NCBI RefSeq assembly: GCF_036588685.1
Contig: NC_086379.1
Span: 48,484,001 to 48,548,000 of the forward strand
Origin: Mytilus trossulus
Taxonomy: Eukaryota
DNA length: 64,000 nucleotides
Direction of reading: 5' to 3'
In this document: piece by piece, positions 33,950 to 48,400 of the stretch
Numbering within the stretch: the first letter of the stretch is position 1
How the letters are laid out: every line of letters begins with the position of its first letter
The notes under the pieces: model-generated
Database searches by the model: none
The model's input: only the letters and a program-made list of their open reading frames with translations
Told to the model about the DNA's origin: nothing
Position numbers and translations under genes: made by a program

Positions 33950-34520
33950 CTTCGAAAATAGTGGAATTAATTACTTTTGGAGTGTCAAGAACTCGTTGGA
34001 AGTACTTAATAAATTGCATGCTTATATTGGTGATTTTTAATCTGTTTAAGTTTTGATTTTTCTACCCTGTATACCACATTGCCTCACATTCTCATTAAGA
34101 GAAAATTCACACACCTAATTAAATGGGCATTTAAAAAGTCAGAATGTGAATATATATATGTTCAAACTCTTTTAGGTCATTTTTATAGTAGCAATAAACA
34201 AAAAAACTATGTCAATTGAACATGCTTTGATACTATATATGCCCTTGAATTTTTACTAGATAACATTTTTGTTCGCTTTGGGGATTCCGTATATCGTCAG
34301 ATTATCGGAATTCCAATGGGGACTAACTGTGCACCATTTATTGCGGACCTGTTTTTGTATTGTTATGAGTTACAATTTAATTATGACAAAAATAAGCAAA
34401 GACCCATCGAAACAATATCTGCTAAACAATAATACTTTTAGATATTTGGATGATATTTTGGCTCTCAATAATGCAACATGCAGACTTCATATACGTTCAG
34501 GTATTTCACATCCAATATTT
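33950..34520 (+). pseudogene. Degenerate Penelope-like RT fragment
   Basis: FDFSTLYTTLPH, GIPMGTNCAP, FRYLDDILALNN motifs with frameshifts. Confidence 0.75.
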
Positions 34521-34669
34521 TCCGTTAATGATAATCTTATAGATATCAAGATCGAAGAAAGGGCAGTGGTCTTTGTTAGACGTACTATAAGCTACGACGT
34601 AGCTTATTTGAAATACGTTCAACATGATAAATTTCTTTATTATATACATACTGAAGTGGTGAACAGTTA

Positions 34670-35630
34670 GTCACCATTGGAATTCCAATAACATGACGAT
34701 ATACTGAATTTTTATAGCAAACACAAATGTTATCTAGTTAAAAACTCAGGGACGGTTATAGTGTCAAAAGCATGTCCAATTGACATAGTTATTTTGTTTG
34801 TTGATGCTAAAGAATGACTTGAAAGAGTTTGAACGTATGTATTCGCGTTCTGACTTTTTAAATGCCTAATCAATTAGGTGTGTGATTTTTTTCTTTAAAA
34901 TTTTATGAGGCAAAGTTGTATAAAGGGTAGAAAACCCATATGTTTTGAACAGATTCAAAATCACCAATACAAGCATGCAATTTTAATAAATATCAAGTAC
35001 TTCCAACGAGTTCTTGACTCTCTAAAAGTAATAAATTCCACTGTTTTCATATGCCTTATTTAACCAATTTATTATCAGGTTTTTTATTGTACCAAGTGTT
35101 CTGGTAAGAAGAATAGATAATTTAGTAGTGGAACAATGGCTTGAAGACGAAATAAATCTATATTTGTAAGGTGTTTTGTGTAGCTTCGGAAACCAATACA
35201 TAGTTGGGACTTTCATTGTATTTGGTTCTGCTGGTAAAGCGGTAACTAAAGTTTAAATTTGTTACAGATGTCGTTTTCTGAAAATGGAGTCAGTTGGAAT
35301 GTTGGTGAATTGGGGATTTCTTTTTGTAGAACCTCAATGTAAAATTTACGTCATACAATAATAATATTATTATCAGCTTTATCGGTCGTAACAAAAACAA
35401 TTTCCTTGGCTATAGTTCTTTTAGTTTATGTTTGATACGAGAAATAGGTTTATTGTGGTTAATGTTAAGAGTTAAATGTTCTGTAAAATGTTGAATACCT
35501 ATATCAACTATGTTCGTTACTGAATTAAAGAAAGAGTCCAAAGGTTTGTGTCAGCTTTTTCCCGTTCTATCCATTTCAAAGAGTAAGTATGGAGTGAGTC
35601 GGGGATGATATTACGACACTCATTCCTTAT
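34670..35630 (-). pseudogene. Degenerate Penelope-like RT fragment, inverted relative to the previous one
   Basis: PTDKADNNII, VPTMYWFPKLHKTPYKYRFI; partly the reverse complement of 33950-34320. Confidence 0.75.
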
Positions 35631-36129
35631 ATCAATACGACATAGTCCTATATATAGTGCTGTAGGCTACATACACAGATCTAGAAATATTTTAAGTCTA
35701 AGTCTTATGAAACCATGCATTTCTAACTAAAACACCTGACATTTTAACACGTAGTTACAGAAATCTATAGCAGTTATGTATATGTTAAACCTGTTTTAAA
35801 ACTTGCACAGTAAAAAAATCGTGTTTTCCTTCCGAAAAATACAATCATGACGTCTTTTCACTAAATCCATTGGAATGTTAGATGTGTACGGATTGATAGT
35901 TTAGTCTTAGATGCATGATTATTTTGTATTAGTTGTGAATGGATTTGAAATAGCTGTCAGATAACTGCGAGTACTTTCAGATCTGTTCCTAGTGTCTTTT
36001 TTGTTGTTGTCGGGATGTACAAGTACCCGCCCACGTCCACTTGTAATTCTGTCTATCTGATGAGTTAAGCCTTTTTCAACTGATTTTTATAGTTCGATCG
36101 TTTTTATGTTGTATTGTTTTACCACTGTC

Positions 36130-36475
36130 CCAGGTTAGGGGGTGGATCCCGCTAACATGTTTACCCCCCCCCCCCCCACACATTATTTATGTATGTGCCT
36201 GTCCAAAGTCAGGAGCCTGTAATTTAGTGGTTGTCGTTTGTTTATGTGTTACATATTTGTTTTTCGTTCATTTTTTTTTTATATAAAAAAGGCCGTTAGT
36301 TTTCTTGTTTGAATTGTTTTACATTATCATATGGGGGCCTATTATAGCTGACTATGCGGTCTGGGCTTTGTTCATTGTTGAAGGCCGTACGGTGACCTAT
36401 AGTTGTTAATGTCTGTGTCATTTTGGTCTCTTGTGAACAATTGTCTCATTGGCAATCATACCACATCTTCTTTGT
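36130..36475 (+). repeat. SINE-like interspersed repeat (partial copies ~25040-25245, ~30400-30600; reversed ~12140-12310, ~20990-21130)
   Basis: GTCAGGAGCCTGTAATT..GGCCGTACGGTGACCTATAG..GTCTCATTGGCAATCATACCACATCTT blocks recur across the window. Confidence 0.6.
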
Positions 36476-36602
36476 TATAATCAGCACACGTCTATCGGGT
36501 GTAGTGTGATAATGTCTTATCAATTAGTGAAAAGACAATATAAAATTGGCTCAAACTATTAAAGACCAAGTTGAACGAGGATAGAATATGCTTAACAATG
36601 TT

Positions 36603-39399
36603 TTATTTGTTTTTATTTAATGTAGTCATTTGACATGGTTTGCTGACATATTTCATTACAAGCGAAACTGTTAAGTCTTGAATACTGACTGGCAATATGG
36701 AATATATAAAACTCTCAAAAGAAGTACGAAACCCTGGAACATATCTAGTGTCCGGATACTGGCAACAAATGGCGTCCTCCATTGCGTCAATTACTTGCGC
36801 AATGTCTTTATTGGCAGTTAAATCTAGTATATTTTCCTTTATTTTAACAAGAAAATCGTTGAAATAATGTTCTCCATATGCATTTTTAATCTCGTCTGGA
36901 CACTTTTCCCATAACTCCTTGTTTTGTGCGATGATAATATTTTCATCAGTTATATTTGTTCTGTAAAAATTAAAATATCATAAAAATTAATTGACACATG
37001 TATATTTATCAAGTGATAGCATGTATACATAAAAGTTTAAAATAAAAGAACGTCCAATGAAGTAATTAAGTCTCAAAAAATATTTTTTTTAACTCAGATA
37101 ACCGGGGAGAGATCCGTTTGCGCCAAAAATTCGTCCTTTTGAGCCACAACATTTTTTACTAATGCTACGTTAGCGCCACCTGTCTTAAAATTACATGGTA
37201 TCATTTGCCTAAAAAAACCAACACATGATTGCGTCAATTAATAGAAAAATTACTTCCCTACACTTTTATTCGGACTTGGAACCGGCAGTTTACACGGCAA
37301 ATGTTTCCTTTTCTAAAACATACTTTCTTCTTACTGCTGCTGCATGAGTACTTCCGAATTTAATGTATGCAGTAGCTTGTAACTTCACTTTTATATTGTC
37401 CAAAAAGACAAACATTGAAGGATGAAATGCATAAAACAGTTCATAACTAGTATCTCAATTGTTTGTAAAACAATTAAAAGGTCTTTCTTGTAAAAGTGAT
37501 GTTTTCGTATTGTACTTTGAACGACCTTTCGTTTGATATACGACAAGCATACCTTCTGAAACTTTTCGCTTTTTACACTTAATGACCTTATCCGCCTACA
37601 TTTTTGAGATCGGAATTATAATATATGAAACAGAGTATATGAGCTTTCATTTGATATGCGACAACGCCATGTTCTGGAAAGTTTATTTTTTGCACTTAAT
37701 AACCCTATCCTACTAATTTTTGGAGGTTGGGAATTTGATATTTCAAATGTACACATCATGACCTTTCATTTGATTAAAACAACCCTACCTTAAAAGAACA
37801 TTTATTTTTTGCACTCAATGACCCCATCTAACCCATTTTTGGGAGACGTCAATTTGATATTTGAAATGTACGCTTTATGTTCTTTCATTTGATATGCGAC
37901 AACCTTACCATCTGAGAAATTTGAATGTTTGCACTAAATGACCCCACCCTTCCCTCTGGGATGAAAAGGGGGTTTAAATTTTCATTTTTAAGTAGAGTTT
38001 ATTAAGACCTTCAATTTGATATATCAGATGACCCCATTTGACAAAGTGCAAATAATGATGCAATATCAACTATATAAATAGAAGTTATGAAACTTACAAA
38101 GTCAATGCAAAACTTGAAAATTTCAAATTGACTTTTTGGTGGTTTTTTCCATGGAATGTTTTTGGTATTTGGTCAAACATATAACTATGTCAACCTCTTC
38201 AATTTCTAATACATTTTAAGTGGTAAGCTCTTGATGATTTAGAAATACATGCCTCCGCTCGAAAAACTTCAAACTGCATTACCTCTAAAACGACAATAGA
38301 TATCTCAAATCTGTTAAATGATAAATGATCTACAGTTGAAGGACAACATTATAGAAAAAGAATTTGGACAATTTCAATGTTCACCAAGGTCACAATTAAT
38401 CATCAAATATATGATGCAATACCAAACTTGAGAACCGGAAGGCGTAGAGACATCGGACTATCACCCTTCAACTCAAGACCACTTGACCTTTCAAATATCA
38501 CAAGGTCAAGGTCATAGTATAATGTGAAGGTCAAGGTGAAATTTCATCATGACCTGACATTGACCTCAAATTGAAGGTCTTGAATTACTGATCATCTTTT
38601 CAGTTTATAGTAGGTTGATATCTGTTACCTTTAAAAAGATATACACAAAATACTATACTTTTAATAATCATCCCGTTGTAACTTTTGAACAGACAATCGG
38701 ACATTTTTGGGCTTATTATATAAAATGTAGAGTTCGTCGAGAGGAACATTTTATACGCTGTATGTAGGCAGCAAAGTCTTATCGTTTTCCTAATATGTAA
38801 GCTTGAAATTGCAGCGTAATTTTTCTTTGCACTCTGTGACCTTTGACCTTGGGTGCATATTGAAGGTCACATGAATTAAAGATTATTGGTGAAGGTCCCA
38901 AGTCTCTACGACTTCCAGTTCTTGAAATAGATTTTTTCTAAAATTGTATACAATTTTTCAAGGGGAATAACTCCTTATAAGGGTTAATAACAAAATGATT
39001 GTATATGTTCATTAACATTGCCATCTGTTCCTGTACATGTTGCCGTTTTCAAATCGATTCTATCTCTAACATTTTTTGAGAAATGAGCAAAGGAAAGAAA
39101 TTGTTTCAAGGGGAAATAACTCTCAAAGGGGATGATGAAATTCTATGCAGCCTCATATGGTAATACATCATGATGAGATGTACCTATTGTCCAAATAAGA
39201 TCATGATATCTTCAAAAACAACGAGGGGGGGCCATGTTGACAAAAAACAATAAAAGGGAGATAACTTCTAAAGGGGATGATGAAATCCTACACAGCCTCA
39301 TCTGGTAATACTTCATAATGAGGTCTACCGATGGTCCATATTTGGGTTTGATAACTCCAATAGAAACGAGGGGAGGCCATGTCAAACAAATGCTGGATG

Positions 39400-39431
<32 letters not shown>

Positions 39432-42400
39432 AGTATCTCAATTGTTTGTAAAACAATTGAAAGGTCTTTCCTGTAAAAGTGATGTTTTCGTTATGTACTT
39501 TGTACGACCTTTCGTTTGATATACGACAAGCATACCTTTTCAAACTTTTCGCTTTTAACACTTAATGACCTCATCCGCCTACAGTTTTGAGATCGGAAGT
39601 ATGATATATGTAATACAGAGTAGATGAGCTTTCATTTGATATGCGACAACGCCATTTTCTAGAAAGTTTGATTTTTGCACTTAATAACCCTATCCAACTA
39701 ATTTTTTGAGGTCGGGAATTTGATATTTTAAATGTACACATCATGACCTTTCATTTGATATACAACAACCCTATCTTTAAAGAAAATTTATATTTTGCAC
39801 TCAATGACCCCATCCAACCCATTTTTGGGAGACGTCAATTTGAAATTTGATATGTACGCTTTATGTTCTTTCATTTGATATGCGACAACCTTACCATCTG
39901 AGAAATTTGAATGTTTGCACTAAATGAACCCACCCTGCCCACTGGGATGAAAAGGGGGTTCAAAATTTTCATTTTTAGGTAGAGTTTATTTAGACCTTCA
40001 ATTTGATATATCAGATGACCCCATTTGACAAAGTACAAATAATGATGCAATATCAACTATATAAATAGAAGTTATGAAACTTACAAAGTCAATGCAAAAC
40101 TTGAAAATTTCAAAATGATTTTTTGGTGTATTTTTCCATGGAATGTTTTTGGTATTTGGTCAAACATATAACTATGTCAACCTCTTCAATTTCTTAAACA
40201 TTTTAAGTGGTAAGCTCTTGTTGATTCAGAAATACATGCCTCCGCTCGCAAAACTTTAAACTGCAGTATCTCTATAACGACAATAGATATCTCAAATCTG
40301 TTAAATGATAAATGATCTACAGTTGAAGGACAACATTATAGAAAAAGAATTGGGACAATTTCAAACTTCACCAAGGTCACAATTAATCATCAAATATATG
40401 ATGCAATACCAAACTTGAGAACCGGAAGTCATAGAGACATGGGACTATCACCATTCAACTCAGGACCACTTGACCTTTCAGAGATCACAATGTCAAGGTC
40501 ATAGTATAATGTGAAGGTCAAGGTGAAATTGCATCATGACGTAACATTGACCTCAAATTGAAGGTCTTGAATTACTGATCATCTTTGCAGTATATAGTAG
40601 GTTGATATCTGTTACCTTAAAAAAGATATACACAAAATACTAGATTTTTAAGAATCATCCCGTTGTAACTTTTGAACAGACAGTCGGACATTTTTCGTTT
40701 AATAATATAAAATGTAGAGCTCGTCGAGAGGAACATTTTATACGCTGTATGTATGCAGCAAAGTCTTATCGTTTTCCTAATATGTAAGCTTGAAATTGCA
40801 GCGTAATTTTTTTTTGCACTCAGTGACCTTTGACCTTGGGTGCATATTCAAGGTCACATGAATTACAGATTATTGGTGCAGGTCCCAAGTCTCTACGACT
40901 TCCGGTTCTGAAAATAAAAAAAATTCTAAAACTGTTCACAATTTTTCAAGGGGAATAACTCCTTATAAGGGTTAATAACAAAATGATTGTATATGTTCAA
41001 TAACATTGCCATCTGTTCTTGTACATGTTACCGTTTTCAAATCGATTCTGTCTTGAATACTTTTTGCTAAAAATGTAAAAGAAAGAAATTGCTTCAAGGG
41101 GACATAACTCTCATAAGGGATGATGAAATCCTTAGCAGCCTCATATGGTAACATATCATGATAAGATCTAGCTATTGTCCAAATAAGGTCATGATATCTT
41201 TTAAAACATTTAAGGGGGGCCATGTTGAAAAAAATCAATAAAAGGGAGATAACTTCTAAAGGGGATGATGAAATCCTACAAAAGTTCATCTTGTAAAAGT
41301 TCATGATGAGGTCTATCGATGGTCCATATTTGGTCTTGATAACTTCAACAGAAAGGGGAGGAGGCCTTGTCAAACAAATGTTGGAAGAAAAAAAAGAAAA
41401 AGACTAGTATCTCAATTGTTTGTAAAACAATTGAAAGGTCTTTCCTGTAAAAGTGATGTTTTCGTAATGTTCTTTGTACGACCTTTCGTTCGATATACGA
41501 CAAGCATACCTTCTGTAACTTTTCGCTTTTTACACTTAATGACCTCATCCGCCTACATTTTTTAGATCGGAAGTATGATATATGTAACACAGGGTAGATG
41601 AGCTTTCATTTGATATGCGACAACGCCATGTTTTAAAAAGTTTGATTGTTGCACTTAATAACCTCATCCAACCAATTTTTGGAGGTTGGGAATTTGATAT
41701 TTCAAATGTATACATCATGACCTTTCATTTGATATACAACAACCCTATCGTAAAAGAAAATTTATTTTTTGCACTCAATGACCCCATCCAACCAATTTTT
41801 GGGGGACGTCAATTTGAAATTTGAAATGTACGCTTTATGTTCTTTCATTTGATATGCGACAACCTTACCATTTGAGAAATTTGAATGTTTGCACTAAATG
41901 ACCCCACCCTTCCCCCTGGGATGAAAAGGGGGGTTAAAATTTTCATTTTTTAAGTAGAGTTTATTAAGACCTTCAATTTGATATATCAGATGACCCCATT
42001 TGACAAAGTGCAAATAATGATGCAATATCAACTATATAAATAGAAGTTATGAAACTTACAAAGTCAATGCAAAACATGAAAATTTCAAATTGATTTTTTG
42101 GTGTTTTTTTCCATGGAATGTTTTTGGTATTTGGTCAAACACATAACTATGTCCACCTCTTCAATTTCTAAAACATTTTTCGTGGTAAGCTCTTGATGAT
42201 TCAGAAATACATGCCTCCGCTCGCAAAACTTCAAACTGCATTATCTCTAAAACGACAATAGATATCTCAAATCTGTTAAATGATAAATGATCTACAGTTG
42301 AAGGACAACATTATAGAAAAAGAATGTGGACAATTTCAAAGTTCACCAAGGTCACAATTAATCATCAAATATATGATGCAATACAAAACTTGAGAACCGG

Positions 42401-45400
42401 AAGTCGTAGAGACATGGGACTATCACCATTCAACTCAAGACCACTTGACCTTTCAAATGTCACAAGGTCAAGGTCATAGTATAATGTGAAGGTCAAGGTG
42501 AAATTTCATCATGACCTGACATTGACCTCAAATTGAAGGTCTTGAACTACTGATCATCTTTGCTGTTTATAGTAGGTTGATATCTGTTACCTTTAAAAAG
42601 ATATACACACAATACTATACTTTTAAGAATCATCCCGTCGTAACTTTTGAACAGACAGTCGGAATCTTTTGAGCTCAGTGTATAAAATGTAGAGCTCGTC
42701 GAGAGGAACATTTTATACACTGTAAGTATGCAGCAAACTCTTATCGTTTTCTTAATATGCAAGCTTGAAATTGCAGCGTAATTTTTTTTTGCACTTGGTG
42801 ACCTTTGACCTTGGGTGCAAATTAAAGGTCACATGAACTTAAGGTTATTGGTGTAGGTCCCAAGTCTTTACGACTTCCGGTTCTCGAGATACAATTTTTC
42901 AAAAATTGTGTATATTTTTTCAAGGGAAATATCTCCTTATAAGGGTTAACAACTAAATGATTGTATATGTTTATTATCATTGCCATTTGGTCTTGTACAT
43001 GTTGCCGTTTTCAAATCGAATCTATCTTGAATACTTTTTGATAAAAATGTAAAAGAAAGAAATTGCTTCAAGGGGACGTAACTCTCATAGGGAATGATGA
43101 AATCCTTAGCAGCCTCATATGGTAACACATCATGATGAGATCTAACTTTTGTCCAAATAAGGTCATGATATCTTTTAAAACATTTAAGGGGGGCCATGTT
43201 GAAAAAAATCAATAAAAGGGAGATAACTTCTAAAGGGGATGATGAAATCCTACAAAAGTTCATCTGGTAAAAGTTCATGATGAGGTCTATCAATGATCCA
43301 TATTTGGTATTGATAACTTCAACAGAAAGGGGATGAGGCCTTGTCAAACAAATGTTGGAAGAAAAAAAATAAAAAACTAGTATCTCAATTGTTTGTAAAA
43401 CAATTGAAAGGTCTTTCCTGTAAAAGTGATGTTTTCGTTATGTTCTTTGTACGACCTTTCGTTTGATATACGACAAGCATACCTTCTGAAACTTTTCGCT
43501 TTTTACACTTAATGACCTCATCCGCCTTCATTTTTGAGATCGGAAGTATGATATATGAAACACATAGTAGATGAGCTTTCATTTGATATGCGACAACGCC
43601 AAGTTCTAAAACGTTTAAATTTTGCACTTAATAACCCCATCCAACCAATTTTCGGAGGTTGGGAATTTGATATTTCAAATGTACACATCATGACCTTTCA
43701 TTTGATATACAACAACCCTATTGTAAAAGAAATTATTTTTTTTGCACTCAATGACCCCATCCAACTAAATTTTGGGGGACGTCAATTTGAAATTTGAATT
43801 GTACGCTTTGTGTTCTTTCATTTGATATGCGACAACCTTACCATCTGAGAAATTTGAATTTTTGCACTAAATGACCCCATCCTTCCACCTGGGATGAAAA
43901 AGAGGTTTAAAATTTTCATTTTTAAGTAGAGTTTATTGAGACCTTCAATTTGATATATCAGATGACCCCATTTGACAAAGTGCAAAAAATGATGCAATAT
44001 CAACTATATAAATAGAAGTTATGAAACTCACAAAGTCAATGCAAAACATGAAAATTTCAAATTTATTTTTGGGTGTTTTTTTCCATGGAATGTTTTTGGT
44101 ATTTGGTTAAACATATAACTATGTCAATCTCTTCAATTTCTTAAACATTTTAAGTGGATAGCTGTTGTTGTTTCAGAAATACTTGCCGCCGCTCGAAAAA
44201 TTTCAAACTGCATTATCTCTAAAACGACAATAGATATCTCAAATCTGTTAAATGGTAAATGATCTGCAGTTAAAGGACAACACTATAGAAAAAGAAATGG
44301 GACAATTTCAAAGTTCACCAAGGTCACAATTAATCATCAAATATATGATGCAATACCGAACTTAAGAACCGGAAGCCGTGGAGACATGGGACTACCACCA
44401 TTCAACTCAGGACCACTTGACCTTTCAAATATCACAAGGTCAAGGTCATAGTATACTGTGAAGGTCAAGGTGAAATTTCATCATGACCTGACATTGACCT
44501 CAAATTGAAGGTCTTGAATTACTGATCATCTTTTCAGTTTATAGTAGGTTGATATCTGTTACCTTTAAAAAGATATACACAAAATACTATACTTTTATTA
44601 ATCATCCCGTTGTAACTTTTGAACAGACGGTCGGACATTTTTGGGCTTATTATATAAAATGTAGAGTTCGTCGAGAGGAACATTTTATACGCTGTATGTA
44701 GGCAGCAAAGTCTTATCGTTTTCCTAATATGTAAGCTTGAAATTGCAGCGTAATTTTTTTTTGCACTCGGTGAACTTTGACCTTGAGTGCATATTAAAGG
44801 TCATATGAATTTAAGATTATTGGTGAAGGTTCAAAGTCTCTATGACTTCCGGTTCTCGAAATAAAATTTTTGAATTATTTTTTTTAATTTTTAAAGGGAA
44901 ATAACTCCTTATAAGGGTTAGTAACAAATTAATTGTTTATGTTTATAAACATTGCCTTCTGTTCTAATACATGCTGTCATTTTCAATTAAATTCTATCTC
45001 TGATACTTTTTGAAAAAAATGCAAATAAAAGAAATTGCTTCAAGGGGATATAACTCTCAAAGTAGATGATGAAATCCTATGCAGCCTCATATGGTAATAC
45101 ATCATTGTGAGATCTACCTATTGTCCAAATAAAGTCATGATATCTTTAAACACATTTTGGGGGGACCATGTTGAAAAAAATTAATAAAAGGGAGATAACT
45201 TCTTAAGGGGCAGGTGAAATCCTACAAAAGTTCATCTGGTAAAAGTTCATGTTGAGGTCTATCGATGGTTCAATTTTGGGATTGATAACTCCAATAGAAG
45301 CGGTAGGAGGGCGTGCCAAAAAAATGCTGGAAGAAAAAAAAGAAAAAAAAACATTAGAAAAACAATAAGGTCTTTCCCATGTAGGGGAAAGACCTTAACT

Positions 45401-48400
45401 AGTATCTCAATTGTTTGTAAAACAATTGAAAGGTCTTTCCTGTAAAAGTGATGTTTTCGTATTGTAATTTGTACGACCTTTCGTTTGATATAAGACAGCA
45501 TACCTTCTGAAACTTTTCGCTTTTTACACTTAATGACCTCATCCGCCTACATTTTTGAGATCGGAATTACGATACATGGAACAGAGTAGATGAGCTTTCT
45601 TTTGATATGCGACAACACCATGTTCTAAAAAGTTTGATTTTTGCACTTAATAACCCTATCCAACTAATTTTTGGAGGTCGGGAATTTGATATATCAAATG
45701 TACACATCATGACCTTTCATTTGATATACAACAACCCTACCTTAAAAGAAAATTTATTTTTTGCACTCAATGACCCCATCCAATCAATTTTTTGGAGACG
45801 TCAATTTGAAATTTGAAATGTACGCTTTATGTTCTTTCATTTGATATGCAACAACCTTACCATCTGAGAAATTTGAATGTTTGCACTAAATGACCCCACC
45901 CGTCCCCCTGGGATGAAAAGGAGGTTTAAAATTTTCATTTTTAAGTAGAGTTTATTGAGACCTTCAATTTGATATATCAGATGACCCCATTTGACAAAGT
46001 GCAAATAATGATGCAATATCAACTATATAAATAGAAGTTATGAAACTTACAAAGTCAATGCAAAACTTGAAAATTTCAAATTGATTTTTTGGTGTTTTTT
46101 TCCATGGAATGTTTTTGGTATTTGGTCAAACATATAACTATGTCAACCTCTTCAATTTCTAAGACATTTTAAGTGGTAAACTCTTGATGATTCAGAAATA
46201 CATGCCTCCGCTCGCAAAACTTCAAACTGCTTTATCTCTAAAAGGACTATAGATATTTCAAATATGTTAAATGATAAACGATATACAGTTGAACAACAAC
46301 ATTATAGAAAAAGAATTGGGACAATTTCAAAGTTCATAAAGGTCACAATTTATCATCAAATATATGATGCAATACTAAACTTAAGAACCGGAAGTCGTAG
46401 AAACATGGGACTAGCACCATTCAACTCAGGACCACTTAACCTTTCAACTATCACAAGGTCAAGGTCATAGTATACTGTGAAGGTCAAGGTGAAATTTCAT
46501 CATGACCTGACATTGACCTCAAATTGAAGGTCTCGAACTACTGATCATCTTTGCAGTTTATAGTAGGTTGATATCTGTTACCTTTAAAAAGATATTCACA
46601 CAATACTATACTTTTAAGAATCATCCCGTTGTAACTTTTGAACAGACGGTCGGACATTTTTGGGCTTTTTGTATAAAATGTAGAGCTTGTCGAGAAGAAC
46701 ATTTCATACGCTGTATGTATGCAGCAAAGTCTTATCGTTTTCCTAATATGTAAGCTTGAAATTGCAGCGTAATTTTTGTTTGCACTCGGTGACCTTTGAC
46801 CTTGGGTGCATATTAAAGGTCATATGAATTTAAGATTATTGGTGAAGGTTACAAGTCTCTATGACTTCCGGTTCTCGAATATAAATTTTTGAAAATATAT
46901 TTTTAATTTCTAAAGGGAAATAACTCCTTATAAGGGTTAATAACAAATAAATTGTTTATGTTTATAAACATTGCCATCTGTTCTAATACATGCTGTCATT
47001 TTCAATTAAATTCTATCTCTAATACTTTTTGAAAAAAATGCAAATAAAAGAAATTGATTCAAGGGGATATAACTCTCAAAGTAGATGATGAAATCCTATG
47101 CAGCCTCATATGGTAATACATTATGATGAGATCTACCTTTTGTCCAAATAAAGTCGTGATATCTTTTAACACATTTTGGGGGGACCATGTTGAAAAAAAT
47201 CAACAAAAGGGAGATAACTTCTTAAGGGGAAGGTGAAATCCTACAAAAGTTCATCTGGTAAAAGTTCATGTTGAGGTCTATTGATGGTTTAATTTTGGTA
47301 TTGATAACTCCAATAGAAGCGGTAGGAGGGCGAGCCAAACAAATGCTGGAAGAAAAAAAAGAAAAAAAAACATTAGAAAAACAATAAGGTCTTTCCTCAC
47401 GGAGAGGAAAGACCTTAAAAACATGCGAAAAACAATAAGGTCTTTCCTCGCGGAGAGGAAAGACCTTAATAATTCCCCGTGGAATACTTTTGCTCTATTA
47501 CTAGTACGTCTTGCGGTAGATAGACGGTTTCAGCCCATACGAATGGTGGGAGCTAAGCACTGTGTCACCAACGTATGTGGCTAAAACATAATCAGCAAAA
47601 GCTTATATTTTCTTCTCTTTTGGCATATCTTGTATAAAATATTCAGCAAAGCAATAAGTTTTCTTCTCTCTCTGTAAATGGACTGTCTACTACATTTCAA
47701 GTCATTTCTCTCCAGATGCTCATCTTCATGCTGAAATATCTCCGATCATATGATACTTTTTTTAGCCAAACATATTATAAGAATAAATATTAATCTTTAA
47801 TATTTATGATAGATATGTGTATAGGTAAATTGGCGCAAATGAGTTCCGATTATTGGTGCAAATGATACATTTGGAGAACAAAATTTTGGCGCAACTAATA
47901 CCCCTGAAAAAACAGTAGTTGGCGACAAAGGACTGATGCCGATAACCGTATGTTCCAAACGGAAGGGAACCCGCATAACAGATTACGTATAATAATCTAC
48001 CGAGGTTTGCCGAGTGACAAAATTGACTCAGTTTCCCGACTTAATTTTCGATCATTAGTTTAACCTTGATTACTTGTGTTGTTTTAATTACGAGTACATT
48101 GTACATTCCGTTAATTTGCTTGTCTTGTTAATATCTATTATACATGCTGGATTATTAGCCTTTCAAAGTTAACAACCGGTTTGCACATTTATAAAAGAAC
48201 TTTGTTTGCATTTACCTTAAATATTGCCATTTCGTCAATCAATTTAAAATGTATCAAACCAGTTTTCGTCAGATTCCGACAAGACGCTTGTAGCTAATGA
48301 CCTGAAGTCATAAAACTTTCGAGTCAGTATTAGTACTCATACTCAAAACTCAACCAATCAAAATGCTGGATTTCATGTTTCAAGCACTGATCAAAGTTTT

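Noticed and set aside
40972-43347. Duplicated 133-aa ORFs and recurring 61-81-aa ORFs in the 2-kb array
   Set aside because: Broken in other units, no recognisable motifs; by-products of the repeat.
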